Shown one piece after another: positions 63,341 through 64,000 of a stretch of DNA of 64,000 nucleotides (the first letter of the stretch is position 1; the number at the start of each line of letters is the position of its first letter). Both the position numbers and the translations under genes were made by a program. The notes beneath the pieces were generated by a model that worked only from the letters and a program-made list of their open reading frames with translations, did not search any database and was not told the DNA's origin. Source of the stretch: an uncultured bacterium (lineage in GTDB: Bacteria > Zixibacteria > MSB-5A5 > CAIYYT01); the NCBI GenBank assembly GCA_963726455.1, contig CAVSCK010000004.1:640001-704000 (forward strand), read 5' to 3'.

Positions 63341-64000
63341 TTGGCTGAAGTTATATCAATAGATGATTTAGTCGGCAGGTTAAACCGGCTGAAGGAGTTT
63401 CTTTGACCTCGACAAACGGGTCGAGAAGATAAAGCAGCTTGAGCAGCAGACAGTTGCCGAGAATTTCTGGGCGGATCAGGCCAAGGCGCAGGCGACGCTC
63501 AAGGAGATATCCCTCGAAAAGAAGTGGTTGGAACAAACTCGCCAGCTTGAGAAGTCGCTGGCTGACCTCGAAACGCTGGTCGAGTTGTCGCTGGATGATG
63601 CCGAACTTCAGAAGGAACTTGTCGGACTCGCGCACTCAATTTGACCAGAAGCTCGACGAATTCGAAATCCGGGCGCTGCTGTCGGATGTTGACGATCCCC
63701 GTGATGCGATTCTGACAATTCATCCCGGCGCCGGTGGCACCGAGTCGCAGGATTGGGCCGAGATGCTGCTGCGGTTGTACACGCGCTGGTGCGAGCAACG
63801 CGGATTTGAGGCCGACCTGATCGATTATCCAGTCCGGTGATGAGGCGGGAATCAAGTCTGCGACGTTGGAAATCAAGGGCGACTACGCCTACGGCTATCT
63901 CAAGAGCGGAGTCGGGCGTACATCGGCTGGTGCGAATTTCCCCGTTCGATGCCAACCAACGGCGGCATACTTCATTTGCATCGGTCTTCGTGTATCCGGA
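63341..64000 (+). CDS. prfB: Peptide chain release factor 2, 3' truncated, with programmed +1 frameshift
   Basis: TTG start after GGAGG; AGGAG-ttt-CTT-TGA-C slippery site at 63401-63407; [14 protein letters not shown]; VRISPFD. Confidence 0.95.

Noticed and set aside
39295-64000. Mass pseudogenisation
   Set aside because: Essential genes are affected, catalytic motifs are intact, and the lesions are single-base indels.

Overview
Bacterial chromosomal window, probably from candidate phylum Zixibacteria (FCB group). This is inferred from three secreted proteins ending in the GDANxDGxIDISDAVYLIxYIFxGG dockerin-like module. Contents in order: a sugar transferase and a PorV-like barrel, each behind a sigma-54 promoter; an M48 protease; a secreted tail-fibre/S74 protein paired with a small dockerin protein; GH57; a FadL/PorV-like barrel; a 13.5 kb minus-strand operon joining an RsbU/W/V partner switch, a HEAT protein, CheR/Y/Z/A/B and a FleSR-like sigma-54 two-component pair; an M1 peptidase-dockerin; an NCS2 permease; a sigma-54-driven PEP-CTERM protein; an AhpD-like gene with in-frame TGA (CxxU) and a SECIS-like hairpin; an accessory patch with REP-like palindromes; aminotransferase-pckA; two DUF559 nuclease genes, each in its own palindromic repeat array; a heme-porin plus di-heme peroxidase pair; lemA-htpX; a eukaryote-type citrate synthase; a cobalamin riboswitch-btuB-btuG-like locus; rlmN; and prfB with its programmed frameshift. 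Many genes, especially after about 39 kb, are broken by single-base indels that look like long-read consensus errors. All calls are from reading motifs by eye; no database searches were run.
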